From a virus (lineage: Duplodnaviria; Caudoviricetes), in IMG/VR virus record IMGVR_UViG_3300025519_000052, positions 1-64,000 of that record: a DNA stretch of 64,000 nucleotides; one strand, 5' to 3'. This document shows, piece after piece, positions 36,694 through 45,753 of this stretch. Every line of letters begins with the position of its first letter. Position 1 is the stretch's first letter. The position numbers and the translations under genes were made by a program. Under the pieces are notes generated by a model. It saw nothing but the letters and a program-made list of their open reading frames with translations, did not search any database and had not been told where the DNA came from.

Positions 36694-37175
36694 AAGGTTA
36701 TTTAGCAAACGGATTATTTTCAATAGGAGATAGGCTTGTAAATGAGATGATTGCAAAAGAAGTAAGAAAAGAAATTCCAAACATTGAGTTATATGTTCCT
36801 CAAGAAAATGATGATATTAATGATAAACAATCATATGCTGATAGTTTATTAATTGCTCAAGCTGATTCTCAAAAACTTTTAGAAAGTGATTTTTTGATTG
36901 CAGTCATTGATGGTGTAGAGATTGACTCGGGTGTAGCAGCAGAGATTGGTTTATTTTCTTCGTTAAAAAAGCCAATTTATGGTTTATATACTGATGTTAG
37001 ACAACTTGGTAGAGACAATAATTTAAAAATTGAAGCACTTATAAAAGATGGGACGGAAAATCAATTTATGTATAGAAATTTATTTGTTGTAGGATTAATA
37101 AAACAAAATGGTTTGATATTTTCTGATATTAAAAGTCTAATTTCACAACTTAAAGAAGATATTTATAATATCTAA
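36690..37175 (+). CDS. Nucleoside 2-deoxyribosyltransferase/nucleotide N-glycosidase family protein
   Basis: YLANGLF, YVPQE, IDSGVAAEIG, KPIYGL. Confidence 0.85.
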   Translation: MKGYLANGLFSIGDRLVNEMIAKEVRKEIPNIELYVPQENDDINDKQSYADSLLIAQADSQKLLESDFLIAVIDGVEIDSGVAAEIGLFSSLKKPIYGLYTDVRQLGRDNNLKIEALIKDGTENQFMYRNLFVVGLIKQNGLIFSDIKSLISQLKEDIYNI

Positions 37176-37221
37176 TATTATCAGAGGAATAGTCCCCTCC
37201 TCTTATTTTTTTTAATTCCAT

Positions 37222-37247
37222 TTACGTTTGAAAATTATCAGATATAA
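37222..37247 (+). promoter_or_regulatory. TTAC-N15-GATATAA promoter motif
   Basis: Exact motif. Confidence 0.75.
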
Positions 37248-37267
37248 ATAATTAGGAGGTTAAATAA

Positions 37268-37501
37268 ATGAAATATAAATACAAAGTTGGTGATAAAGCA
37301 ATTGTTTACCAACAAATTTGTGGTCATCAATTTGAACTTGGCTCCATTGTTACAATTGTGAAGTTTTCTTCAAATAGTGATTATTTTCAAGCAAATGATG
37401 GAAAGAACACTTGGTATGTCTCTAGGGATGAAATTTTTCCTTATGAACTTCTAAAAAATAAAATTTTAGAGAAATTACAAAATGGAGAATATACTTATTA
37501 A
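37268..37501 (+). CDS. Hypothetical protein (SH3-like beta barrel?)
   Basis: YKVGDKAIV start; GGAGG RBS. Confidence 0.55.
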   Translation: MKYKYKVGDKAIVYQQICGHQFELGSIVTIVKFSSNSDYFQANDGKNTWYVSRDEIFPYELLKNKILEKLQNGEYTY

Positions 37502-37517
37502 TGATGAGGTGGATTTA

Positions 37518-37658
37518 ATGAGATTATTAAGTTATTCAATTGGCGTTACTGCGGGAGGTTACCTCATGTATAATATACTTCACCCTTATCCTTTAGGTAT
37601 TTTAGTAGATGCAATAACAATTGTATTATGTGCAATTTCAAATAATAATTCAAAGTGA
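37518..37658 (+). CDS. Small membrane protein
   Basis: 46 aa with GAGGTG RBS, two hydrophobic stretches; below the ORF-track cutoff. Confidence 0.5.
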   Translation: MRLLSYSIGVTAGGYLMYNILHPYPLGILVDAITIVLCAISNNNSK

Positions 37659-37761
37659 TTATGGTTGGTTGATTTGTAAAAGTGGAAAATGGTGAGTTGT
37701 TGGCACGAAAGCGAAAATTATTAATCATCTATTAAACAAAATTCAAAAAGAGGTTGATAAA

Positions 37762-38280
37762 ATGAGTATAATTGACGAACAAAAAGAAGTCGTAGATCGT
37801 TTAGTTAAAGCATTAGGATATATCGATCTTGCAAAATCATCTTTTATGGTTGGCGGATTTGTGTCGGAATATAATGCGAAAGATAGTTTAGAAGAAGTCG
37901 CTAAGCAAATTCGTGAGGAAATTGAGATCCATAAGAGTCATATTCGTAGATTGTCAAAAAAATATCGTAAGTTGACTCGTAACGAGATCATCGAAAAAGC
38001 GAAACGAGAAGTAGAAGAGACACGGAATGATCCAATTAAAATGGAAGGATTACTTGCGACATTTGTAGTAGATAAAGAAAAACGAACTGTAACTACTTTA
38101 TTAGCATCTGTTTCAACTGGAATGGTTGAAAGAAAAGGTGTTGCTAAATGTCACCCAGATGATTATTTCAATGTTCATATTGGTAAGATTATATCTCTCC
38201 GACGTGCTCTAAGACTTGAAGTACCTTCTGAGTATTTGAATGTGCCACATCCGACAGAATTTTGTGAAGGAGGATTGTGA
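37762..38280 (+). CDS. Hypothetical phage protein
   Basis: GVAKCHPDDYFNVHIGKIISLRRAL segment. Confidence 0.6.
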   Translation: MSIIDEQKEVVDRLVKALGYIDLAKSSFMVGGFVSEYNAKDSLEEVAKQIREEIEIHKSHIRRLSKKYRKLTRNEIIEKAKREVEETRNDPIKMEGLLATFVVDKEKRTVTTLLASVSTGMVERKGVAKCHPDDYFNVHIGKIISLRRALRLEVPSEYLNVPHPTEFCEGGL

Positions 38281-38282
38281 TA

Positions 38283-38438
38283 ATGGAGAGAGTAAAAGCA
38301 AAAGTATCTGCAACTGCATCAGTGGAATTGGTTGCAATTATCAAAAAATATAATAATGGACAAATCGAACTCGATGAAATTTTAGATATTTTAGACTTAG
38401 ATGACATTGATGATATAGAAGTCAAATCAGAATTTTAA
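38283..38438 (+). CDS. Small acidic hypothetical protein
   Basis: 51 aa, GGAGG RBS, acidic C-terminus. Confidence 0.5.
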   Translation: MERVKAKVSATASVELVAIIKKYNNGQIELDEILDILDLDDIDDIEVKSEF

Positions 38439-38509
38439 TGTAGATTTATTGATCACCGTCATAATTTCGAAGTTAACACATATTACGAACTAAAAAGAGG
38501 TTTAAAAAA

Positions 38510-38701
38510 ATGGAAAAAGTATCATTGGAAAAATGTAAATGGTGTAACGGAACGGGTAATGGAGCATCCCACATTATGGATACTTCATATCCATGTCCCG
38601 ATTGCGAAGGAACAGGTTATAAAGAAGGAAAAAGAGCTGAACTGTATCTTGATTATTTGATGGAAGAAAGACATAAAGAAGAAATGAACAAAATCAAATA
38701 A
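38510..38701 (+). CDS. DnaJ-like zinc-finger small protein
   Basis: CKWCNGTG...CPDCEGTG. Confidence 0.75.
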   Translation: MEKVSLEKCKWCNGTGNGASHIMDTSYPCPDCEGTGYKEGKRAELYLDYLMEERHKEEMNKIK

Positions 38702-38751
38702 TTGGTAATATTTTCGAAAATCCGGAGTTGTTGGAGGCGAACGATGAATGA
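38701..38751 (+). pseudogene. YopX-family C-terminal remnant
   Basis: Reads IGNIFENPELLEANDE*, the conserved YopX C-terminus, with no upstream gene body. Confidence 0.65.
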
Positions 38752-39284
38752 ACTTACAAAAATTATTTGAAGCACAATTTGAATTAGATGAACGAATTAT
38801 TGAAAAGAAAGGATTACAGGGAGTTGATTTGCTTCCGAACTTAATCATAGCATTGCAAGTTGAACTTGGCAAATGTGCACAAGAATGGAGAGGGTTTAAA
38901 CTTTGGAGTAGTAGACAAGAACCAGTGACTGAAGATTTAAGGGTAGTGGATTTCAAAGGAAATGGAGAAGCAATTATTGAAACATACAACCCACTTCTTG
39001 AACAATATGTCGACTGCTTGAATTTTACTCTATCAATTGGCCTTCATCTCTATAATGAGGTCGTTTCAGCAGACTTGTATGGTTTTAGAAGAACTAACAT
39101 TCTAGATCAATTTAAAACTCTTTTTCATTATTCAACCATGTTATCTGGTGATTATTGTTATTGGCGTTTTTTTGAGTATTTAATTGGTCTCGGTGAGATG
39201 TTTGGTTTTACCTGGGATCAGATTGAACAAGTCTATTTTGAAAAGAATGAGAAAAATCATAGCCTTCTGGAAGATGGATATTGA
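38748..39284 (+). CDS. Dimeric (all-alpha) dUTPase-like protein
   Basis: LQVELGKCAQEWRGFKLWS...LLEQYVDCLNF...YFEKNEKN. Confidence 0.85.
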   Translation: MNLQKLFEAQFELDERIIEKKGLQGVDLLPNLIIALQVELGKCAQEWRGFKLWSSRQEPVTEDLRVVDFKGNGEAIIETYNPLLEQYVDCLNFTLSIGLHLYNEVVSADLYGFRRTNILDQFKTLFHYSTMLSGDYCYWRFFEYLIGLGEMFGFTWDQIEQVYFEKNEKNHSLLEDGY

Positions 39285-39295
39285 GGTGAAAAAAG

Positions 39296-39427
39296 ATGAT
39301 TGTAAAAAAAGAATGGCGCAGTAAAAAGACAGTTGGAAGCAAATTCACATCTCCATTATACATTTATACCGGATACTTTCTTTTTGGAGTTATTCCAGTT
39401 TATATCCATAGAGAATTAAACGTGTAA
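39296..39427 (+). CDS. Small hypothetical protein
   Basis: 43 aa, GAGGTG RBS. Confidence 0.45.
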   Translation: MIVKKEWRSKKTVGSKFTSPLYIYTGYFLFGVIPVYIHRELNV

Positions 39428-39448
39428 AATAAAAAAGATCATGCTTTA

Positions 39449-39651
39449 CCTAGTCTGTAAAATATTTGTTCATCTACCTATATTTTACACTGGGAGGGCT
39501 TGAAGCTGCAGCCTTAGAAGCAACTCTTCATTTCATTGATAATATTTAAAAAATTGTTTAAAATTTATTAAAAAAATTATTAAAAACGATTTACACTTTT
39601 ATTTAATCTGATATAAATAATATGTAATTTGATTAAATAAATTTTTAAATC
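39449..39651. repeat. Duplicated promoter region, copy 1
   Basis: CCTAGTCTGTAAAATATTTGTT...ATTTTTAAATC shared with 40243-40400. Confidence 0.85.
39591..39616 (+). promoter_or_regulatory. TTAC-N15-GATATAA promoter motif
   Basis: Exact motif. Confidence 0.75.
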
Positions 39652-39715
39652 AATTAGATAATAGTGTGAACATAACATGTAGGAGTGGATAAGTACAGGG
39701 AAGGGGAATGAAGGA

Positions 39716-40222
39716 ATGAGTATCAAAATTAAACGATTGCATTCGGATGCAGTGATTCCGAAATATATACATGCTGGCGATTCAGGGTTTGACCTTGTCG
39801 CTGTGGAAGATATCACTATCGAGCCTGGCGAAACGGTCAAAGTGCCGACAGGGCTTGCGTTCGAGTTGCCGGAAGGCTACGAGTTGCAAATACGACCACT
39901 GTCGGGCATTACGCTAAAAACGAAATTGCGTGTGCAACTCGGCACCGTCGATGCAGGATATAGAGGCGAAATCGGCGTGATTGTTGATAATATTGCCGAG
40001 GATCTGTTCGGAAATGTTGTGCCATATCTCTCGCATATTGACGGTAACGATTATCGGACGGACGGCGAAATCTATCCGAATGAAACGTACATCATCCGAA
40101 AAGGCGACAGAATTGCGCAAGGTGTAATTGCTCCGGTCGCTAAAATGGAGTTTGAAGAAGTAGACAAATTAAGTGATACAGAGTGAAGTAATAAAGGATT
40201 TGGAAGTACAGGTGTAGATTGA
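39716..40222 (+). pseudogene. dut: Trimeric dUTPase with nonsense codon before motif V
   Basis: GFDL, GTVDAGYRGEI and GDRIAQ present; motif II reads PLSG instead of PRSG; TGA at 40184-40186 then in-frame SNKGFGSTGVD*. Confidence 0.85.
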
Positions 40223-40242
40223 AACAAAAAGGCCAAGCTCTT

Positions 40243-40400
40243 CCTAGTCTGTAAAATATTTGTTTAGCTACCTATATAATATTTAAAAAAATTGTTTAAA
40301 AAATTGTTTAAAACTTATTAAAAAATTATTAAAAATGATTTACATTTTTATTTAACTAGATATAAAGAATACGTAATTTGATTAAATGAATTTTTAAATC
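40243..40400. repeat. Duplicated promoter region, copy 2
   Basis: See copy 1. Confidence 0.85.
40340..40365 (+). promoter_or_regulatory. TTAC-N15-GATATAA promoter motif
   Basis: Exact motif. Confidence 0.75.
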
Positions 40401-40414
40401 GGAGGAATGTATTT

Positions 40415-41449
40415 ATGATTGATCTTTTACATTTAGAACCAGTGAAAGCTTCTACTGACTTATCTTCTTACACTTCTTTTATTTATGGTATTCCTAAAAT
40501 CGGTAAAACAACTTTTGTTTATAACCTTTATAAAGACCGAGTTCTTTTTATTGCAACTGAAAAACGTCATAAAGTTTTAGTTGGTGCAAAAGTTCAATAT
40601 GTTTCATCTTGGGCTGAATATTTACAAGTTTTATCTCAACTACGCAATCCAAAAGTAAAAGAATTATTTGATGTTATTGCAATTGATACAGTTGAAAACT
40701 TATATCAAATGCTTGAGCAATATATTCTCGCAAAATATAACAAAACTGAATTTGGTCAAGTTGAATGGGGAAAAGATTGGGTTGACCTTAAAAATGACTG
40801 GAAAAATGGCTTGCAAATGATTGAAAGACTTGGTTATTCTCCATGTTTTATTTCTCACGCAACTCAAGTTACAACTAAGATTCCTGCGGCTGGAATTCTT
40901 CAAGAACAAGTCAATGATACTATGACTTTAAAAAGTGATAAGAAAACTGGAGAACAATACTACGAATTTGTTAAGTATGTCCCGGATTTGAAGGACAAAG
41001 TTATGGCACCAATTAACAAAATGGTTGATAACATACTGTTTATGACAGTTACAACTGATGAATCTGGACAAGAACACCGAGTTATTCATCTTCGTGAAAC
41101 ATTGCAATGGCAAGCTGGTTCAACATTTGAAGGTATTGATCCAGTAATTCCATTGGATGCAGAAGCTTATAAGAAAGCTGTTGAAGATGCAATCGGCAAA
41201 CTTGATCCTTCAATGTTGAAATCTGAAAAAGAATCAATTGGTATTGAAGAACAAGAAAAACTTAACTTTGATGAATTAATGCAAGAAGCTAAAGAAATTG
41301 CTTATAAATTTCATCAAGCCGGCCGTATGGAAGAAGTCCAACGAATTGTTGATGAAGTTTTTGGCGCCGGCAATAAATTGACTGATGCAAAACCAACTCA
41401 AGTACAACCATTATTTGTTGCAGTTCAAAGAATGAAAGAATCTTTATAA
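40415..41449 (+). CDS. AAA ATPase (AAA_24/Sak4-like recombination protein)
   Basis: YGIPKIGKTT, IAIDTV, FISHA motifs. Confidence 0.8.
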   Translation: MIDLLHLEPVKASTDLSSYTSFIYGIPKIGKTTFVYNLYKDRVLFIATEKRHKVLVGAKVQYVSSWAEYLQVLSQLRNPKVKELFDVIAIDTVENLYQMLEQYILAKYNKTEFGQVEWGKDWVDLKNDWKNGLQMIERLGYSPCFISHATQVTTKIPAAGILQEQVNDTMTLKSDKKTGEQYYEFVKYVPDLKDKVMAPINKMVDNILFMTVTTDESGQEHRVIHLRETLQWQAGSTFEGIDPVIPLDAEAYKKAVEDAIGKLDPSMLKSEKESIGIEEQEKLNFDELMQEAKEIAYKFHQAGRMEEVQRIVDEVFGAGNKLTDAKPTQVQPLFVAVQRMKESL

Positions 41450-41498
41450 CCAGAGAAATATTTTACTATGGTAAATAAAATCCAAAAATCGAAAAAAT

Positions 41499-41531
41499 TG
41501 TTACCAAGGCCGCCTACGGTCTTTGGTAACA
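41499..41531. other. Strong hairpin
   Basis: TGTTACCAA-GGCCG-CCTA-CGGTC-T-TTGGTAACA. Confidence 0.7.
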
Positions 41532-41689
41532 CATTAATTTAAGTACAAAAAGTAAATGAACTTCTTCGTTAAGGCATTTCTGAAGATGATGGAAAAGATT
41601 GAACATGTTAAAAAACAAACTCTCTGCGAGAAAAATAACAGAAAACAGAACCATTGTCAACGAAAATATAACGAAAAGGTGACATTTTA

Positions 41690-43237
41690 TTGTTTACGGA
41701 GAATAAAGATTTTTATCCAACACCTCGTGATCTGTTTTATAAATTGATTGATGGTAATCGGTACATCGATGGACGTATTCTCGAACCATCTGCTGGTAAA
41801 GGCGATTTAATTAAATACATTAAAGAGCTAAACCGGAGAGATAGTGTTAGAATAGACGCCATTGAAAAAGATGAACAGTTAGCCAACATATTAATGAGTG
41901 AAGGGTTTCACGTTGTATGGGATGATTTTCTAACATATAAAACATTTAAAGAATACAATTATATCATTATGAATCCACCGTTTTCCAATGGAGTCGATCA
42001 TGTACTAAAAGCCCTTGAACTTGCAGAAAAACAGATAAGCCGTTGTGAAATATATGCAATAATTAATAAAGAAACGCTTGCCAATGCTTACTCGAACAAA
42101 CGCAAGGAACTATTGCGGAAATTGGATGAGTATAAAGCTGAGATTCGATATGTACAAGGAGCATTCACCAATGCAGAACGGCGGACAGATGTTGAAGTAG
42201 CACTCATTCATGTTAAAGTCGAAAAAGCTGATGTAGGTAAGAATATTTACGATAAAATACCGTTCGTAAATGTGACAAATGCAAGTAAGGATGAACTAAG
42301 TACTGCGTTGTCTACCTATGTAAAGCAAAGTGAAATACAAGCGAAAATAGATGACATTGAACGTCTTGTGCTTGAATATGAAACAGCATGTGACCTAGCA
42401 AAAAAGGCATACAAAGCCATTCACGATAAAGAAGTATTTATTCAATATATTAACAAGGTTAATAGTGGAAAAAGTGTATATGACAGAAAGTTGTCATATG
42501 TTGTGTCGAAGCCATTTACAGCAAATGACTTAAATGAGGAACTAGACCGATTGCGACATGGTTATTGGCAGCTAATACTTGATACGGACGATTTTAAGAC
42601 GATGTTAACTAATGACGCCTTGCAGGAGTTAAATAAACGATTGAGTTTGGCAGAAGAAATGGAGATTAATTTGCCAAATATTAAAATGCTCCTTATGGCA
42701 CTGAACTACAACAAGCGTGACATCCTTATTGAAAGTATCGTATCGATTTTTAAAAAGATTACGAAGTATCATATGAACCGGTACAGCACGAATATCCATT
42801 ATTACAATGGCTGGAAAACAAATAATGCATACAAAATCAATAAGAAAATTATTATACCAATTAAGCATTCGTTTGACAGCTGGGACTTTAAAACAGATTA
42901 TGCACTGATTAATTACAATGTCCGCAACTTTATAAATGACATAATCAAAGCGTTTCAGTTGCTTGATCCTACTGTCAAAGGTGAGTTTACGGCGTTAAGC
43001 AACCAAGAATTCGAGTGCGATATACTGCGTTTTAAAATGTTTTTAAATGGCAATGTTCATATTTGGTTTAAAAACGAGCGCTTGCTAAACAAATTGAACT
43101 ACCTTTGTGGAAGTCATTTCAACTGGATTCCGAGCGAGGATGAAATTAAAACGGACAACAGGGCACGTGAGTTTGTTGTTAAGGAATTTGGAACTGAGGC
43201 AGTTACAGATGGATTTATCGAAATGAAGACAAAATAG
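41690..43237 (+). CDS. N6-adenine methyltransferase-like protein with long C-terminal domain (DUF4942-like)
   Basis: DFYPTP, ILEPSAGKG, IIMNPPF motifs. Confidence 0.8.
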   Translation: MFTENKDFYPTPRDLFYKLIDGNRYIDGRILEPSAGKGDLIKYIKELNRRDSVRIDAIEKDEQLANILMSEGFHVVWDDFLTYKTFKEYNYIIMNPPFSNGVDHVLKALELAEKQISRCEIYAIINKETLANAYSNKRKELLRKLDEYKAEIRYVQGAFTNAERRTDVEVALIHVKVEKADVGKNIYDKIPFVNVTNASKDELSTALSTYVKQSEIQAKIDDIERLVLEYETACDLAKKAYKAIHDKEVFIQYINKVNSGKSVYDRKLSYVVSKPFTANDLNEELDRLRHGYWQLILDTDDFKTMLTNDALQELNKRLSLAEEMEINLPNIKMLLMALNYNKRDILIESIVSIFKKITKYHMNRYSTNIHYYNGWKTNNAYKINKKIIIPIKHSFDSWDFKTDYALINYNVRNFINDIIKAFQLLDPTVKGEFTALSNQEFECDILRFKMFLNGNVHIWFKNERLLNKLNYLCGSHFNWIPSEDEIKTDNRAREFVVKEFGTEAVTDGFIEMKTK

Positions 43238-43286
43238 TAGTTCTCTTCTCTTTTAATTCAAATATATAATTGGAGGAATAATTATT

Positions 43287-45656
43287 ATGACAATTGTAAT
43301 TAAGGACAAAAATAAAAAGAATGAAAGAAGATTGGAATTTAATCGTGAAAGGCTGATCAACTTTATTGAAACAGGATTGAAAAATTTATCTGTCAATCCA
43401 GAAACAAAAGAAAAATATATTTCTAAGATTATTAGATTAATTGAAAGACGACCAGAAATTGAAGCCAAAGATATTTCAAAAATTCTTATTCAAAATGCTT
43501 TAGTACTTACAAATGATATTAAAAATAATGAAGGTTATATTTCTCCAGAATCACTTTCGAATATAAATTGGAATAAATTTGCTTCTTATGTTAAACTTCG
43601 AGAACTTTATAAACGAGCTTCTAAAAATCGAGCTTATGATGCAAGAGACAAATATGGTGATTTTTATGGATTGATTGTTACACTTACAGAAAAAGGTCTT
43701 TACACTCCAGATTTATTAAAAAACTATTCTCATGAAGAATTGGTTATGGCTGGTGAAGCTATTGTTCCAGAACGTGATGATTTATTTACTTTTGCTGGGA
43801 TTCATCAACTAGAAAGTCGTTATTTGGTTAAGGATTATGATAATTCAATTTATGAACTTCCTCAAGAACGATTTATGATTGCTGCTTTACATTTAATGAT
43901 GCCAGAAACTGAAAACAGAATTGAAAAAGTTAAAGAACTATATTGGGCAGTATCAAATTTATATTTAACGCTTGCAACTCCAACATTAACTAATGCAGGT
44001 CGTGTCACTGGTGGCCTATCATCTTGCTTTGTTTTAACTACTGAAGATTCTCTTCGAGGAATTTATGACGATAATACAGATGTTGCTACTTTCAGTAAAA
44101 ATGGGGCTGGCATTGGAGTTTACTTTGGCAAGTTGAGGGCAACTGGTTCTGATATTCGTGGTTTTAAAGGTGCTTCATCTGGAATTATTGGATGGATTAA
44201 ACAATTAGATAATACAGCTGTTTCGGTTGACCAATTAGGACAACGTAAAGGTGCAATTGCTGTTTATCTTGATATTTGGCACAAAGATATTGAAAACTTT
44301 ATTGACTTAAGATTGAATACAGGTGACAAATCAAAACGTGCCTACAACATCTTTACTGGTGTTTGCATTCCAGACGAATTCATGAGGCAAGTTGACAAAC
44401 GCGGTGATTTTTATCTGTTTGACCCTTATGAAATTGAACAAAAAATGGGATTCAGACTTGAAGATTTTTATGATAAGAAAAAACTTGGAGAAAAAGAAAC
44501 CCCGAATGAAAAAGATCATGCATGGACTTATCATTACTATCAATGTGTAGATAATAATAAACTCTCAAAAGTTCGGATTCCAGCAATTAACTTGATGAAA
44601 AAAATTATGCAAGCCCAATTGGAAACTGGAATTCCTTATATGTTCTATCGTGATACGGTTAACCGGAATAATCCAAATGCTCATTGTGGAATTATTTATT
44701 CTTCAAATCTATGTTCTGAAATTGCTCAAAATATGAGTCCGTCTTCAGTAACTCAAGAAAAAATTAATTGGGAAACTGGTGAAGTAATTATTACAAAACA
44801 AATTGGCGATCTTGTAACATGCAATTTATCATCATTAGTTTTAAATAATATTGTTCATGATGATGTTCTTGAACGAGTGATTAATATTCAAGTTCGTGCA
44901 CTGGATAATGTTATTTCACTTCTTAGAGTTCCTGTTCCACAAGCTCAATTTACAAACCTTAAGTATCGTGCAATTGGTGCCGGTGAACAAGGTATAGCTG
45001 CAACATTAGCTCAAGGAAAAATTATGTGGGATAGTGAAAAATCTGTTGAATATATCAAAAAACTTGAAGAGCAAATTATGCTTTATACAATTAAAGCTTC
45101 TGCTTTACTTGGTAAAGAAAAAGGCTCTTATCCTGCCTTTGAGGGTTCTAAATGGAATACTGGTGAATGGTTTGAAGAAAGAAACTTAAATTCGCCTGAA
45201 TGGCTAGAAGTAAAAGAGTTGGCCATGAAACATATGAGGAATGGATACTTGAGGGCTGTTGCTCCAACTGGGTCAACGTCTATAATTTCAGGTAGCACTC
45301 CAGGTGTAGATCCGATTTTTGATGTTATTTATTTTGAACGGAAAAAAGATTATCAATTACCAATTGTTGTTCCAAATTTAAATCCATCAACCTGGTTTTT
45401 CTATAAGCCAACTATGAAGATGACCTATGAGGGCGAAAAAGATTTGGCTCATATGTGGGCAATTCGTCAAGGTGAAGTTCGTCAAAAATTTGTAGACCAG
45501 GCTATCAGTCATAACTTTTATGTCCCTCAAAATATTAAAGCAAAACATTTTTTAAGACTTCATATAGAAAATTGGAATCGTGGAGTTAAAACTTCTTACT
45601 ATACTAGGAACTGGAATCAAAAACATGAAGATAATTGCTTAGCTTGTTCTTCATAA
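43287..45656 (+). CDS. nrdA: Class I ribonucleotide reductase alpha subunit
   Basis: ATPTLTNAG, SSCF, NLCSEI, CNLSS, APTGS, C-terminal CLACSS. Confidence 0.95.
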   Translation: MTIVIKDKNKKNERRLEFNRERLINFIETGLKNLSVNPETKEKYISKIIRLIERRPEIEAKDISKILIQNALVLTNDIKNNEGYISPESLSNINWNKFASYVKLRELYKRASKNRAYDARDKYGDFYGLIVTLTEKGLYTPDLLKNYSHEELVMAGEAIVPERDDLFTFAGIHQLESRYLVKDYDNSIYELPQERFMIAALHLMMPETENRIEKVKELYWAVSNLYLTLATPTLTNAGRVTGGLSSCFVLTTEDSLRGIYDDNTDVATFSKNGAGIGVYFGKLRATGSDIRGFKGASSGIIGWIKQLDNTAVSVDQLGQRKGAIAVYLDIWHKDIENFIDLRLNTGDKSKRAYNIFTGVCIPDEFMRQVDKRGDFYLFDPYEIEQKMGFRLEDFYDKKKLGEKETPNEKDHAWTYHYYQCVDNNKLSKVRIPAINLMKKIMQAQLETGIPYMFYRDTVNRNNPNAHCGIIYSSNLCSEIAQNMSPSSVTQEKINWETGEVIITKQIGDLVTCNLSSLVLNNIVHDDVLERVINIQVRALDNVISLLRVPVPQAQFTNLKYRAIGAGEQGIAATLAQGKIMWDSEKSVEYIKKLEEQIMLYTIKASALLGKEKGSYPAFEGSKWNTGEWFEERNLNSPEWLEVKELAMKHMRNGYLRAVAPTGSTSIISGSTPGVDPIFDVIYFERKKDYQLPIVVPNLNPSTWFFYKPTMKMTYEGEKDLAHMWAIRQGEVRQKFVDQAISHNFYVPQNIKAKHFLRLHIENWNRGVKTSYYTRNWNQKHEDNCLACSS

Positions 45657-45694
45657 TAGAGGGATTTTCCCCTCTATTTTTTTACTAAATTAGT

Positions 45695-45720
45695 TTACAA
45701 TGCAAAAATTCCAGATATAA
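45695..45720 (+). promoter_or_regulatory. TTAC-N15-GATATAA promoter motif
   Basis: Exact motif. Confidence 0.75.
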
Positions 45721-45753
45721 ATATTTTGAATCAAATAAATGGAGGCAGAACAT

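Noticed and set aside
41556-41747. 63-aa ORF upstream of the NPPF methyltransferase
   Set aside because: No RBS; overlaps the MTase start in another frame
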